The notes: a model not told the origin generated them from the sequence alone. Shown: positions 25,130 to 37,876, numbered from the whole stretch's first letter. The stretch is 62,981 nucleotides of DNA, filler included, from Folioceros fuciformis (GCA_049999805.1; 21 parts of 21 records of this genome joined end to end with filler, not necessarily neighbours in it), one strand, 5' to 3'. Program-made: numbers and translations.

Positions 25130-25560
25130 GTCCGGACCACTTGCTTGCTTCTTGCTCCTCTGGATTCTATCAGACTTTTCACTTCCGGCGATGTTGCCTC
25201 TTTGACAAGAGTCGAGTCGCCAGAAAACGCCGTTCTGCAAGTCTGTATGCGCTACCCGCTTTAGGGGTCTGGAGAGCATATACATATATAGCCACATCTA
25301 TAACTTGCAATTTATTTCAAACTAAATCCGAGTATCGGTAACGAAACCAAATAAGGAGGCTACACGATTGATTAACACGTTTCCTGCAACAAGGTACCCA
25401 ATTCATTCAACAGTTTCCCATCCTGGTTGCGTCTGGCCATTCTTCTCGGATTGGACGGTTGTTATGGGTCTTAAAGGCCGAACATGGAGATTAGGGAGAT
25501 GGCTCTGATGTTTTACATATAACATTTAATATTAAAAAAATATCCACAAGTGATCACCAA

Positions 25561-25641
25561 GTGGACGTGCCGGAGTGGTTATCGGGCATGACTAGAAATC
25601 ATGTGGGTTCGCCCGCGCAGGTTCGAATCCTGCCGTCCACG
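25561..25641 (+). tRNA. tRNA-Ser (anticodon AGA)
   Basis: Acceptor stem GTGGACG/CGTCCAC, anticodon arm CATGA-CTAGAAA-TCATG (AGA at 25594-25596), long variable arm, GGTTCGAATCC T-arm; upstream AT-rich tract and CAA typical of plant Pol III tRNA genes. Confidence 0.97.
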
Positions 25642-25645
25642 TTTT
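25642..25645 (+). terminator. Pol III terminator (T run)
   Basis: TTTT directly after the tRNA discriminator base. Confidence 0.7.
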
Positions 25646-26255
25646 GGACTTAGCTCAGGAAACTGTCCTTGGTATCCCGGGAAGGGGTCGTCGAGGGAGA
25701 CGCTGGAACGTTGGATTGTACAAGAGAGGGAAGCGAGTTGAGGTGGATAACAGGTTCATGGACGGTCTATAGAAGATGTTTGGCCAGATCCAGAGCTAGA
25801 TCGAGCTTTTCGAGGGGGACGCATTACTTTCGGATGGATGACTGCAGCAAGCAAGCAACCATGTCGTGTGGGAAACTGGAAGACGTGAGGGAAGAGCTGA
25901 CGCTAGAGCCTTCTTGTTGTAGGCCAGGCAAGGTTGCTCACCACACGGCCTTGGGCTTGTTGGGTGGTTCGCACCACCAGGGCGTCATACCTTTTTTTCT
26001 AACTTTTCCTCCATTTTCTATCTTTTCATGAAGCCCCGGCAGCACGAATTCCAGAATTTTCGTTTCAGACGAACGGTATGGGGGCACGGACAGCAAAAAA
26101 CCAGGAGAGGACCGGCTCCGTTGGCAATGTGACAATCGCGACGATTGGAAAGCGCTCGGGCTTAGTGTCACTGATTTTTGGTCATCGGGCTCGTGGCAGC
26201 TGCGAGGCTCTCTGCCACGCCTGTGGTGTTTGTTGCTCCACAGCCGAATTGCACC

Positions 26256-28527
26256 ATGGCGGAGCAGCTGCAGCAACAGCGGGTGAAGAAGACCAGTATT
26301 CCTGTTTACGGCACCTTCCTCAGCAGCGCCTTCGCCGCTTGCGTGGCTGAGGTGAGTTGCCGCTTCTGTGCCGGAGTATCTAGGTTGCGGATTTCTGGTG
26401 TGGATTCTGCGAGTTTGTTGACTGGTGGCCTGAATTTTGTGAGTACGCGGCGCGCTCTTGCTGCGGGGGAGGATTGTAGCTGGTTTAGCTGGTGGCGGGA
26501 GATCAGTGGAGTGATCGTGTTGCGCGGTAGCTGTCAGGCCTGGTTCAGTGTTTGCGATTCGAATTTCTGTCTGTGCGGCGACTGTTTTAGTGCGCATGAC
26601 GCTGATCAGCTGGCATGAGCCTCCCGAAGGACTCTGAAGATCTTTTCTCTTTGAATCTGGTTGTTTTGTGGCACATGCTCACTGAGTGCATGCTGTCAGC
26701 GTCGGCGCTCCTGCCAATTGAAGTGTCGTTGAGTCTGGTTGGTCGTTCCATGGTCTGAATCGGGCAACCCTAGGCTGTGGGAGAAGTAGCACGAGGGAAG
26801 TCGAGGAGCCTGACAGTGTCGCAGCCGCTGTTGGAGCAGTTTGTAGTTTGGCATTCAGCATGGTTTCTGACTTTGCAGTTGCGTTACAGGTTTGCACCAT
26901 CCCCATAGATACAGCCAAGGTGAGGTTGCAGCTTCAGGGCAAGTCGAGTGACCCTTCCGTGAAAGCAAAATACCATGGGATGCTTGGTACTATGCGTACT
27001 GTGGTGGCTGACGAGGGAGCGACAGCTCTTTGGAAAGGCATCGTGCCAGGTCTTCATCGCCAAATTCTCTTCGGCGGCCTACGTATTGGTCTCTACGATC
27101 CTGTAAGTGTGTATCACCAGCTTTAATGCTTGCCCTGCACTTGCGAAACCCTGATCATTTCCCTCAATTCTGCACGTGACTGCCGCCGATTGCTAGCTTT
27201 GGCCATGTTTGGCGGCTGATAATTGTTCCTTTTGCCGGAGCTGCAGGTGAAGCAGCTTTATGTCGGTAAGGACCATGTTGGCGATGTTCCACTCTTGAAG
27301 AAGATAGCTGCAGCTTTGACTACAGGTTGGACATGCTTTCCCTGTCCTTGTGTCTTTAGTTAAAGCTGCATTTTGAGGTGCTCGTCCAGACGACCTCATT
27401 CTCCTCTGGCGTGTCTTCTCATTTGGGCTACCGTAAGGCAGTATGTAATGAGGTATTTGGTGTTACTGGAACCAGGGGCACTTGCTATCACTGTTGCGAA
27501 CCCAACGGATCTGGTGAAGGTTCGACTGCAGGCTCAAGGAAGAGATCCTGGTGTCCCATTACGGTATTCTGGCGCCATGAACGCTTACTCCACGATTTAC
27601 AGAACGGTGTGCTTTCTTCTGGGCCCTCTCTTGCGTTGCTCTGGAATGACATCTTCATCAGCTATTTTGTCCTACCTTTGTTTTGTATTGCTGTTGGCAG
27701 GAAGGTGTGACGGCCTTGTGGACTGGCCTAGGTCCAAATGTGGCGAGGAATGCCATAATCAACGCTGCTGAGTTGGCTAGCTACGATCAAGTGAAACAGG
27801 TATGATGAATAAGACCAGGAAATTGGCAAACAAGGAATGCCGTTGTTGGTTTAGGCGGAGGTACGAATAATCTGGGTGCTTGGATGCGGCAGACTTTACT
27901 TAAGGCTGGATTCAAAGACAATGTAGTGACCCACATCTTATCTGGTCTTGGAGCCGGGTTCTTTGCTGTGTGCATCGGCTCTCCTGTGGATGTGGTAAGC
28001 TCCAAGACTGGCTAAGGGCTTGACGAGTTCATCGTGTTTCTTGTCGTTCTACTCTCAATGTGTGTGTGCGTGTGTGTGTGTGCGTGTGTGTGTGTGTGTG
28101 TTGTTTTTGCAGGTGAAGTCAAGGATGATGGGCAACTCGTCAGCATACAACAGCACCCTTGACTGCTTCGTACAGACGTTGAAACACGATGTAAGACATT
28201 TCTCCGGATCAGCTCGGCTTACTCCTGACGTTGCAGCCTATGAGCAATGCTCTAAGTCCGTGCGAAAAAGCTACTTAGCCTTGTTGTGTGGCTTGATTGT
28301 GTCTCCTGTAGGGGCCCACTGCCTTCTACAAGGGGTTCATTCCCAACTTCGCGAGACTGGGAACGTGGAACGTTATTATGTTCCTGACTCTGGAGCAGGT
28401 ATCTGTCTACGTCATCGTCCTCCGTTTGCCGTGAATTGATGTGTGTGGCGTCGGAAATTGATGTCACCCTCTGACGTCCTGTCTGCATGTTACGCAGACA
28501 AAGAAGCTATTTATACGGGAGGAGTGA
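26256..28527 (+). CDS. UCP1: Mitochondrial uncoupling protein (plant UCP1/UCP2 type, SLC25 carrier), 304 aa, 9 exons
   Basis: Exons 26256-26351, 26890-27102, 27247-27325, 27476-27606, 27701-27799, 27893-27994, 28113-28190, 28312-28398, 28498-28527 (915 nt, all GT-AG, frame kept). Three carrier signatures: [27 protein letters not shown]1 versus UCP2 orthology is not resolved. Confidence 0.95.
28059..28100. repeat. (TG)n microsatellite in UCP intron 6
   Basis: About 21 dinucleotide units with two CG interruptions. Confidence 0.95.
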
Positions 28528-29023
28528 AAGTTCGTGGGAGTCCCATGCCCTGCAAATTCAATATTACTTCTTNNNNNNNNNNNNNNNNNNNNNNNNNNNN
28601 NNNNNNNNNNNNNNNNTTAATTAATTAANNNNNNNNNNNNNNNNNNNNNNNNNNNNNNNNNNNNNNNNNNNNGTATAAATACCTTGGCCTACTCACAACT
28701 TGACTCTATTTCACACCAAAATTAGCAAAAAAAACAAAAAACCACTCCAACGCACACCTCAACAGGGAGTTCCTAGTCATTCAATTGTTCACAGCACGCT
28801 CAAAGAGAACCCTTCGGAGCACATCGACCCTGTACCAACAGGAGATCAGGCAAGAGGAGCAGACTTGGGGACCGGAGGAGAGCTGGACACACCGGTCCTA
28901 GGTGATTACTAGATCGATGAGGAGGACCCTCATGATGGGGATACCCACAAAGAAGTAGCACCTCACACCAGCAGAAGCACAAGAGAGTAGAACGGTCAGG
29001 CTACATGACCTGCCCACACAAGC

Positions 29024-29497
29024 TTGGCCACAGGATGGGAGAGACGATCTTGGAAGCCATCCTTAAAGATGCTAGAAAGCATGGACTCGGCGTTGAAGTG
29101 TGCGGTGGAGGAAGAGCCCTCAACCCTAAAGGAGGCTTTGGAAGCAGAAGATAGGGAGAAATGGTTGAAGGCCAAACACTTCGAGTACGACACGTTGATA
29201 AAGAACAGAACTTGAGACTTAACCGAACTCCCTCCCGGACGAAGGCCAATTGGCAGCAAGTGGACTTTCAAGCTGAAGCACAAGGGAGATGGGAGCATCG
29301 AGCGGTACAAAGCACGATTGGTCGCAAAGGGCTATGACCAAAAGTATGGGGAAGACTACAGTAAGACATTCTCACCCGTCGTAAACTTCACAGCGATCGA
29401 AGACATGGAGATCCACCACATGGACGTCTGCAACGCTTTCCTCAATGGCGACCTGGAGGAAGCAATCTTCATGACACAACTTGAAGGGTTTGAGAAG
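29024..29497 (+). mobile_element. Ty1/copia RT fragment
   Basis: EPSTLKEAL, KARLVAKGY, HMDVCNAFLNGDLEE; cut near 29497 by GC-rich family G LTR-type sequence. Confidence 0.88.
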
Positions 29498-29638
29498 CGG
29501 TCTGGCTGTGGCTGGTCGGGCTGGAGGCAGGTGGGCAGCGCTGGATCCGCCCCGGCTGGCTAGATGATCACGGCTGGCTAGCAGATAAACCTGCAGGCGG
29601 ATCCGGCACTGCTTAGCAGGTGGTCCAGGCAGACGCTG

Positions 29639-30236
29639 TGTGGAATGATTTCTTGCACCCAAGAACCACCCAAGGGGCCACACATTCCCCTATTGTCGTT
29701 GCAGTCCTATGGTTCGCTCCCAAGGGAGTGAACTAGTGCCAAGGAACACTACCTATCACACTCCTACCTATCAGCCGGTCTATAGGTCTGTCCATACACT
29801 CACAACAAAAAGGCTAGAAGCCTAGCCTACCCCCTAAGTCAGCTCGCACAACTCACACTCCTGTTCTTCAGTCCTTCAGCTCTTCTTGATTTCCACTTCA
29901 GCCACTTTCTCCTTCACCTCAGCTCTGCAAACTTCCCACTTCAGTCCCTTCCTTTTCACTTCAGTCCTCCACCCTCCACTTCAACATGCCAGCCAAGCAA
30001 TCAGCCAGCCTATCGTCAGACCCTGACCCCTGACACTGACATACCCAGATACCCGTTCCTATGTTCAAACCATTATTATATCATTTTTATTATTTAATAT
30101 TATTATATTATTATTTAATCATTTAATATTATATATCTTTAATTAATATTAAACTAATCACCCAACCCTATGGCCTGGTACCGAACCTAAACCTTCCCAG
30201 GTCTGGGACCAAACCTATACCCACTCTTATAACCAA
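29639..30236 (-). repeat. Family G LTR, internally deleted
   Basis: 29639-29986 matches 19446-19100 (reverse complement); 29987-30236 matches 38865-39095. Confidence 0.85.
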
Positions 30237-30336
30237 NNNNNNNNNNNNNNNNNNNNNNNNNNNNNNNNNNNNNNNNNNNNTTAATTAATTAANNNNNNNN
30301 NNNNNNNNNNNNNNNNNNNNNNNNNNNNNNNNNNNN

Positions 30337-30381
30337 TCCTCTCCTACACTTGCACGTAGACTGGAGTCGATCCTATTGACA
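30337..30381 (+). repeat. 3' end of a family C LTR
   Basis: Reverse complement of 8877-8921, ending TTGACA; inserted into a gypsy protease region. Confidence 0.9.
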
Positions 30382-30689
30382 TCCCCTACTAGTTGCATCT
30401 TGGGCATGTCAGCCAGCCTCAAGACCTTGGTTGTATGTTCTATCTCCAATCCAAGCTTCTTGGCAATGTCCTTCATCATGATAATCACTCCTAAGCCCGT
30501 GTCCAGGGGAACCCTCTTAATCACCCAACCAACAATCTCCACTTGCAACTCAGTTGGCCCTTGATCCACCATGGACACCATGTTAACCATGGGAGCCAAC
30601 ACCCTTGGCCCTGGCTTAGGAAGTCGCTTCTTCTTCTTGGGTTGGGCTTCTTGCAAGGCCTTATGGACTTGCTACCTATACTTGGGGTT
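30382..30689 (-). mobile_element. Ty3/gypsy aspartic protease fragment
   Basis: VEIVGWVIKRVPLDTGLGVIIM...IAKKLGL...LRLAD retropepsin pattern. Confidence 0.7.
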
Positions 30690-31817
30690 TGTGGACTCCA
30701 CATGCTGAACAGACCCCTGGGAAATGATAGGTTTTCTTTTGGATTTGTGGGTGAGTGTTGTAGAGGAAAGGTTGAAAGGTTAGGTTAGAATAATAGCTAG
30801 ATTGATGGTGAGTCGATAGGGTAGGTAGGTTGTGTGGTGGATGGGACATGGGCTCTGGTTCCTCGGGGTAAGGTAACGGGGGAATAGGAAACCTGGGACG
30901 TCGTGGAAAGCGAGCTGGGGGGTCTTCTGGCTGTCGCTGGTGGAAGTTGGGGACAGAGATGGAGGTGTCGGGACGCGGCCCTGGTGCGTCGGGTGGATAG
31001 GGATCACCAGAGCACAGGTGGCCAAATTAGCAGACCGGCGGGATAGGGCGGTGGCCTAGATCTGGCCGGATTCAGAAGGCAGGAGCTAGGTTGCGGCCCT
31101 CGGTTGCGGCCTCCGGGCAAGCGGCCGGCAGTAGGCTGCCAGGAGGGTGGGCTGGCAGATCTAGCCGGCCAGGAGGCCAGATCGACAGACAGTCCTAGGT
31201 GGGTCAGCCAGGGGCGGAGCTGGATCCGGCCGTGATGGCTGGCCGATCCTAGAGCCAAGCGAGGGCCTGGCTAGCAAGGGAAGCCCCAGTTGGGGGCAGG
31301 CCGCTCCAGCGGGTTGTGGTAGGCCGGAGCGGATCAAGCAGGTAGGCTGCCCGACTTGCAGGAGCTGGCCGGGGTGGACCTGAGCCAGGCAGCAGAGGCT
31401 GAGTCGACCATCAGCGGCCAGCCAACCGATCGGGCTGCAGGTGGGCAGTCCGACAGCCCTGCATGGCAGGCAGCCTGGCTTGTCGATGAGGTTGCTGGCG
31501 GATCTGGGAAGCCTGGATGATTGGCAAGCCGGGCTGCAGGTAGGCGTTGCTAGGAGCAGACCCAGGCAGGCTGCGGGCTAGATCCAGCAGGCCGGAACGG
31601 ATCAGGTAGGGCGTGCGCCGCTGGAGACTGGCCAAGCGAGGTATAGAAGGCCTGGCTAGGTGGACAGCTAATCAACGGTAGGGTCTCAGCGGGTTGCCTA
31701 CAAAATCCAGGCAAGTAAGCGGAGCCAGGACGCGCAGAATTGGGCTCAACGGGATTGACGCAAGCAAGAAGCAAGCTGGGGCGGGCAGCGTCCAGGCGGA
31801 TCAGAGGTGGGCGCTGG
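30690..31817 (+). repeat. GC-rich repeat, probable 5' part of family G LTR
   Basis: Starts TGTGGACTCCACATG and resembles the reverse complement of 40652 leftwards. Confidence 0.65.
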
Positions 31818-31917
31818 NNNNNNNNNNNNNNNNNNNNNNNNNNNNNNNNNNNNNNNNNNNNTTAATTAATTAANNNNNNNNNNNNNNNNNNNNNNNNNNN
31901 NNNNNNNNNNNNNNNNN

Positions 31918-34900
31918 GCTGAATAGCAGGTCCTTCGTCAATTTCCCTTGCAGCGCCGCGACGTCCACCCCCAATTGTGGCCCTGGTCGCAGGCGTGAAA
32001 AGTGGCGGAACAAAGATGGATCAGCTGCAGCAACGAGTGCGACCCCTTCCTGGATGGCTGCCAGTTGTCGATCGGCAGGAGCCCATGCAGCTGCCTTCAA
32101 TAGGGCAAACACGCCCATAATCTCAGGGTAACAGGCCTTCATGTCCCCCTTGAAGGCCTTCTGGAGTACCAAGGATCCGAGCGCATCCTCCCAAGTTCGG
32201 TGCAGACCATACCGTTGGCTGCCCATCGCGTGCGCGATTGTGGCCGTGGTCATTGGCTTAGACACCTGCACGCCGGTCGCCAACACCATGTATAGCATGA
32301 ACCCAAAGAACCGTGCATTGTGCACCGCAAATGTCAACACGAATCCCATACATTGGCATACATTGCCGTGAACTTGGCCGTGGTTTTGAGGGCACTCACA
32401 ACTGTTTCGCTCAAGCACGTGGTATGACTCCCTTGCCTAATGTGGTACAGCAACCTGCTTGGGCCATGGCTGTCTCTTGCATCGAACACGCAGTTCAAGA
32501 ACTCGGGGTTCAGCCAAAACTGTCGCCACACCTCGCATATGCACCTCCTGGATGAACCTCCTGTGTCTACTGTATCTGCTTCCACCAACCCTCCTCCCCC
32601 TTGGCCAGTGATGTACACAACCTTCAGCTCCGGGAACACATCCATGCGCTCCTCATGGCGTCTGAAATGGTCGAACAGTGCCCCACAAAACCCTAAACCC
32701 TAAACCCTTGGCTTAGCCGCCATCCCCACCACAAACCCTGGTTGTTCATGGCGGCACCCACACCGCCGCCAAGTGCACCTCACCTTCAGCGCAGGGGACC
32801 ATTGTGCTCTTCTGCGCTGATGAGCCGCAATTGGCTGCAATGTGTGGTTGGTAAGAGAATATCTACGCATCGCACCGTCTGCCGCATCACACGCCTCCTG
32901 CGCAACATGGAGGTTCATTTCCTCAAGCTCCCTATATGGTAGTGCGACCTCCTGCGCCCTCTCCTCTCGCATGCGGAGCCACTCACGGTGGCGGGTTTGC
33001 AACCGGAGCAGATCAAACTGGTCCACCGTCTCCTGCAAATTATTTGCAGCCCAGGCATCCCATAGGTCTTCATGCGTTGCCGCTGCCAGGTCCATACAGG
33101 GTTCCACTTTGTGTAGTAGTCTAATGACCGTAGCAACTGGCGACGTCCGCTCCGATATAAACCCCTGGATGGTGGCAACGTCATAAAGTTCGAACCCCGG
33201 TATGGTTACTAGCTGGCGGACGAAGGCCCTTCCCGCGCTGTCCCCGGCTCCTGTCCCTCTGTCCAGAATGGTCAGTAGCTCGGCCAACACAACGGCGTGC
33301 TCTAGCTTTGCTTCATCCCCACCCTTCCTCTCCCGCACCTCGTCCACCATATCAAAAAACACTTTGGCCTCTACCTGTAGAGGCTTCGGCTTCTTCCGGG
33401 GCACTACGTAGCATTCTGCCTCCTTTGCTTGCTGTAGATAGCGAGTCGCCGCCTCCCAAGTCACCACCAGTGCCGCGTACGCCTCAGCAGCAGTTGCGAT
33501 TGCAAGAAGGTCCATTGCATCCGCAGCACCTGATTGACTCGGTCACCCTAAACCCGGTGCCTGAGGGGAGCTGCCTCGTTGGGGCTGCCATCGGTCCACA
33601 ATGTAACAATCGTCGTCTCCATAGCCGGAGTGCCCCCCATGACTGGGGATGACACTGCAGACCCCCCACCACGCGGGGTGTGGCTGGCCAAGCCACGCTC
33701 CATGGACCCTGTACGCTCAGAGTCGTCTTGCAAGCAATCACCACCCTCTGTGTTTGCCATACCCGCCACCAATCCAGCAACATCGACAACCCCTGCCTTT
33801 GCTCAATACGCTCTGACCATGTGTTCCGTCATCTGCACGATTGGATCCCATACATACAGCAGCATTGTCTGCAGCTGGTGAGAGCTGTGCGACACTGTGC
33901 TGCCTGGTGGGAAGATTAGCGGGTCGTCGGTGAGCAATGCTGTTGGCGAGCTTTGAGCGAATACCCGCTGGAATCGCTTGACGAAGCACCCGAGCACCAG
34001 GCTACTCCTATCCAGGTGAAAGAGACGGGCGACAGCATCCACTATCTCCGCCGCCACAGCGAGGCTCAAAGTCTAACCCATCGTACGTTGCGCCTACAGG
34101 CATCGACGACGGCACATGTAGCTCCACCACGATGCAGTCTAAGGATGTTATTTTCCTGGCTTGCAGGGGCACACCCCCATTAGGCGGCTCAATCGAGAAT
34201 TCTGGGAAGTCGAGGTTCAGAGGAACCATTATCTTCAGCTTCTTGATGTGCACGCGCACAAGCGGGCTTCCTACAACCATCGCTCGTTGCCTCCTCCTGG
34301 GTGATGGGGTGCCAATGATGTGATTTCGTCGTAGCGTCATGGGTATGTTCCCAGCCGCTGCTCTCATGGTGTCCTCCGGTGGTGGACGCGGTGAAATCTG
34401 TGGAGTTTGTGCGGGCGAGCGGGGCACTGCCCGTCCTACCACCATGGATGCACTCGCACTAGGCGGTAGGCGTCCTCGCGTTGTCGGCCAACTCCGGCAT
34501 ATTGTGCTCACACTCGGCACTTGGAGCACTGCAGGTCCATCAGGAGTGTAGCAGACCGTGCTACGAGCAGATGGTGCCGGGATTGAGGGTTCTGCTGCCG
34601 GTGTGGTAAGCTGTGGCGTTCGGGCTGCATGACGTTGGCGATTGGTCGGCGGGTCATCCTGGAACACATTGTCCTCATCTTCCTCCCCCGTTCTCCAATC
34701 AGCAAGGATGGAGTCACCATTGTCGACGACAACATTCAGACGCCGGCGGTGCTCCGGCCTCTCTTCCACGGACATATTGATGTCGATAGCAGCTGCAATT
34801 GTCCTCCCCGGGTGCCCCGTCCCACAGTGAACACGGTGTGTGCGCAGATACTGCGGAACATGGATATGGAGTGCGTTCAATTGCTGGGCGGGAGGATCTG

Positions 34901-34973
34901 AGCATGCCCCACCCTCTCTCCATACGCCCATCGCGTACGGGGAGTAGGGGTTCAATACCTGGGATATCTGCAT
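31918..34973 (-). pseudogene. Divergent HECT-type E3 ubiquitin ligase-like gene (disrupted or spliced), C-lobe lost in gap
   Basis: Chain of minus-strand ORFs ending in LKVVYITGQ...VDTGGSSRRCICEVWRQF, ARFFGFMLYMVLATGVQVSKPM and DMKACYPEIMGVFALL, matching by eye the three HECT N-lobe blocks in correct order. Confidence 0.55.
32688..32708. repeat. Interstitial plant-type telomeric repeat (AAACCCT)3
   Basis: Three perfect units, equal to TTTAGGG repeats on the minus strand. Confidence 0.9.
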
Positions 34974-35558
34974 GTGCCTACCAGCCGTGATACAGAATAT
35001 GGGGTTGCGCAGCCCTTAATACTGCCATGGAAAAGTAGGCGCTAAACACAGATGTTCAAATCCCCTCCCTCATCAACTGCAGATGCCAGCCATTTTGCCG
35101 TAATACTTCACACTCAAAGTTGCCTGTCACACCAAGCTCGAGGTCAGTGCCAAATGATGACCTGTAGATGCTAGCATATAATATTACTCCCACCCATAAG
35201 GGAATGTCTCACAATCCCGCCTCAAAAATGCTGACTAGTCGTGTGCCTCAATAGCGTTTATGGTCCCCAGGTGCACATAAGCGTACAGCCCATCGCCTGC
35301 CCACTGCAATTGGCCTCCCCTGCACTGCCACCACCTTCCATTCCCTGCAGCGGCGGCGGCTGTGGTACCCACTCACACCAACCTAAACCCCATGAACCCC
35401 CCCTCCCCCGTTCGGTCTTTACCACCACATTCCCTCCTCCTCCCACATGTGATGGACCNNNNNNNNNNNNNNNNNNNNNNNNNNNNNNNNNNNNNNNNNN
35501 NNTTAATTAATTAANNNNNNNNNNNNNNNNNNNNNNNNNNNNNNNNNNNNNNNNNNNN

Positions 35559-37065
35559 CGTTTTGACGTCCATTTGATGCACTAGGAAACCATGCTGAAC
35601 AGCGTAACATAATAAAATTTGCATGGAAGTAGGTTTTACAACAGGGCTAAATGTCTCATGATAGTTGAAACCCTGTACCTACGTATAGCCTCGAGCCACA
35701 AGGCGGGCCTTGTAGCGTGAAACTGATCCATGTGGATTAAGCTTTAGCTTAAAACCCCATTTACTGGTGATTGCTTTCCGACATGCTGGCAACTTGACAA
35801 GCTTCCATGTATCATTGTCAATTAAAGACTTGTACTCATTGTCAATCGCTTCCTGCCAAGCCTGTTTTTGAGGAGAATTAAGTGCCTCCTTATACGTGAG
35901 TGGTGTGTCAGGAGGATCCATGATTGTCATGGCTACATGGTGAGCCATATGGGCTAAGTTGATATGAATAGTATCGGATGCTGTGGACTGTGACTCGGAA
36001 CGAGAGACAAACGAGTCACCTGGTTCATATGGAGGGGCAAGCCAGGCAAATCAGGGTTTGTGTGAACGCAAAGACCTACGAAGAGGTAAGTTCTCACCTG
36101 GTGCTGGTACTGGTACTAAAGGCTGAACTGACTGTTCAGAGAGGTAAGTCCCATTTGGGGCAGACTCCTAATGAGGCGAACTTGGCCGATCAGGCAGCCT
36201 CAGTACCTCAAGCGGGATTTGCTGCTGAGGTAATGATTCAGCTAAGTCTGAAAATTCATAGGTAAAAAATGAGTCATCTTGATCAAATGTATATGGGTCA
36301 TCTTCATATGCTGAGACTTTAGGTTTGTCTTGTACAGTCTGGTCAGAGAAAAACTCGGAGGGTGTATGCCCATATACTGAAGCTGTAGGAATTGGAGCAT
36401 GAGAAGTGTTGGTGAGATAATGTGACTTCATAATGTAAGTCTCGTTAAAACTCACACTACGGGCAATAGACAGTTCCCTAGTGAGAGGGTTGAATAACTT
36501 GTAGCCTTTGATAGTGTCTGAGTATCCAACAAATACATGCTTAGATGCCCTGTTGTCCATTTTATACCATCGGTCTGCTGGGACATAGGCATATGCCATA
36601 GCCCCAAATGTTCGAAGATGGCTAATCCATGGCTTATTACCAGTCCAACGCTCATAAGGAGTTGTATCATAAAGGGGCTTGAGAGGTAGGTGATTGGCAA
36701 CGTAATTGACAGAGTCAACTGCTTCAGCCCAGTAGCCCCCTGGTAAGACCAACTAAAGTTAAAGTAGCCCGAGTTCGTTCCTGCAGAGTACGATTGTACC
36801 TTTTTGCAAAGGGATTCTGTGCAGGATGATAAGGCACAGTTACTTGATGAATAATGCCTTTCTGCTTGCAAAACTCTGTAAATCCTACTCTGAGGTATTC
36901 CTTAGCGTTGTCTGTACGTCGTCTCTTGACTGTTTTGCTTGTTTGTGTCTCAACCATGGCAACGAATTCCTGAAACTTGGCGAATACTTGATGCCGACCT
37001 TGGAGGAAAAACAATGTATAGAAGTGGCTCCACTCATCAAGGAAAGAGAGGAAGTATACTGCTCC
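35559..37065 (-). mobile_element. Ty1/copia integrase-RT fragment
   Basis: TDNAKEY, YWAEAV, HVFVGY, KARLVARGY; several stops and frameshifts. Confidence 0.92.
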
Positions 37066-37663
37066 NNNNNNNNNNNNNNNNNNNNNNNNNNNNNNNNNNN
37101 NNNNNNNNNTTAATTAATTAANNNNNNNNNNNNNNNNNNNNNNNNNNNNNNNNNNNNNNNNNNNNAGCATGAGAACTCGCCATGAGAAGAGTGTAGAATG
37201 TGGTGGTTCATTTCTTTGTGTAGCCCCTCCTTATAGAAGAGATTGGCACATGAACCCCTCTCCTACATGTAGGTGGTGGGCTACCCTTCTCTCACACTAG
37301 GCGCCACCAACTTTAACTGCACACACCTACCAAGAGGCTAAGTCCTACCAATAATTGCTAGGGCAGTGCGCGCCGATGAAGATTAGGATTGCCGGTGCCG
37401 CCATAGAAGATTCGTTGACCCCCTTTTCAAAAAGGTGTGGCTAGGAGGGCTTCTGAAGGGAGGTAGAGTCTAAAGGCTGAGCCACCAGGCCCCCTCCATT
37501 ATTGGGATTCGTCTTCTTTTGGATCTGCGAGCTTCCACCGTACCTTCCTCTATGTGGATCTTTTGGCTATCCCTTCACCACCACCTACAGGTTTGGTAGG
37601 GGAGGGATCCCCTTGTTCCTCAACTTGAGGCTCCTTCCCTACGTACGGTGGGAATGTTCTCTC

Positions 37664-37876
37664 CGTAGGTAGGGTACCTATTGCTCCCTTCGTAGGTAGG
37701 GTCCCTACCATTCCTTCCCCTCCTCTCGTAGGTAGGTTGCCTACCCCTCCTCTAGTAGGTAGGTTCCCTACCCCTCCTCTCGTAGGTAGGTTGTCTACCC
37801 CTCCTCTAGTAGGTAGGTTCCCTACCCCTCCTTTCGTAGGTAGGTTGCCTACCATTCCCACCTATTGTCGTAGGTA
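37664..37876. repeat. 27-bp tandem array with internal inverted repeat
   Basis: Unit CCTACCCCTCCTCT(A/C)GTAGGTAGGTT(C/G) at 37740, 37767, 37794 and 37821 plus degenerate flanking units. Confidence 0.93.

Noticed and set aside
25561-25700. tRNA-derived SINE or tRNA-snoRNA dicistron
   Set aside because: The tRNA is intact and terminates at TTTT immediately; no tail, TSD or clear C/D boxes follow.
26076-26243. Possible 5' UTR intron of UCP (GTATGG...CACAG)
   Set aside because: Plausible splice signals, but no reading-frame constraint to test it without transcripts.
37664-37876. Palindromic 27-bp repeats as a CRISPR array
   Set aside because: No unique spacers, no cas genes, eukaryotic context.
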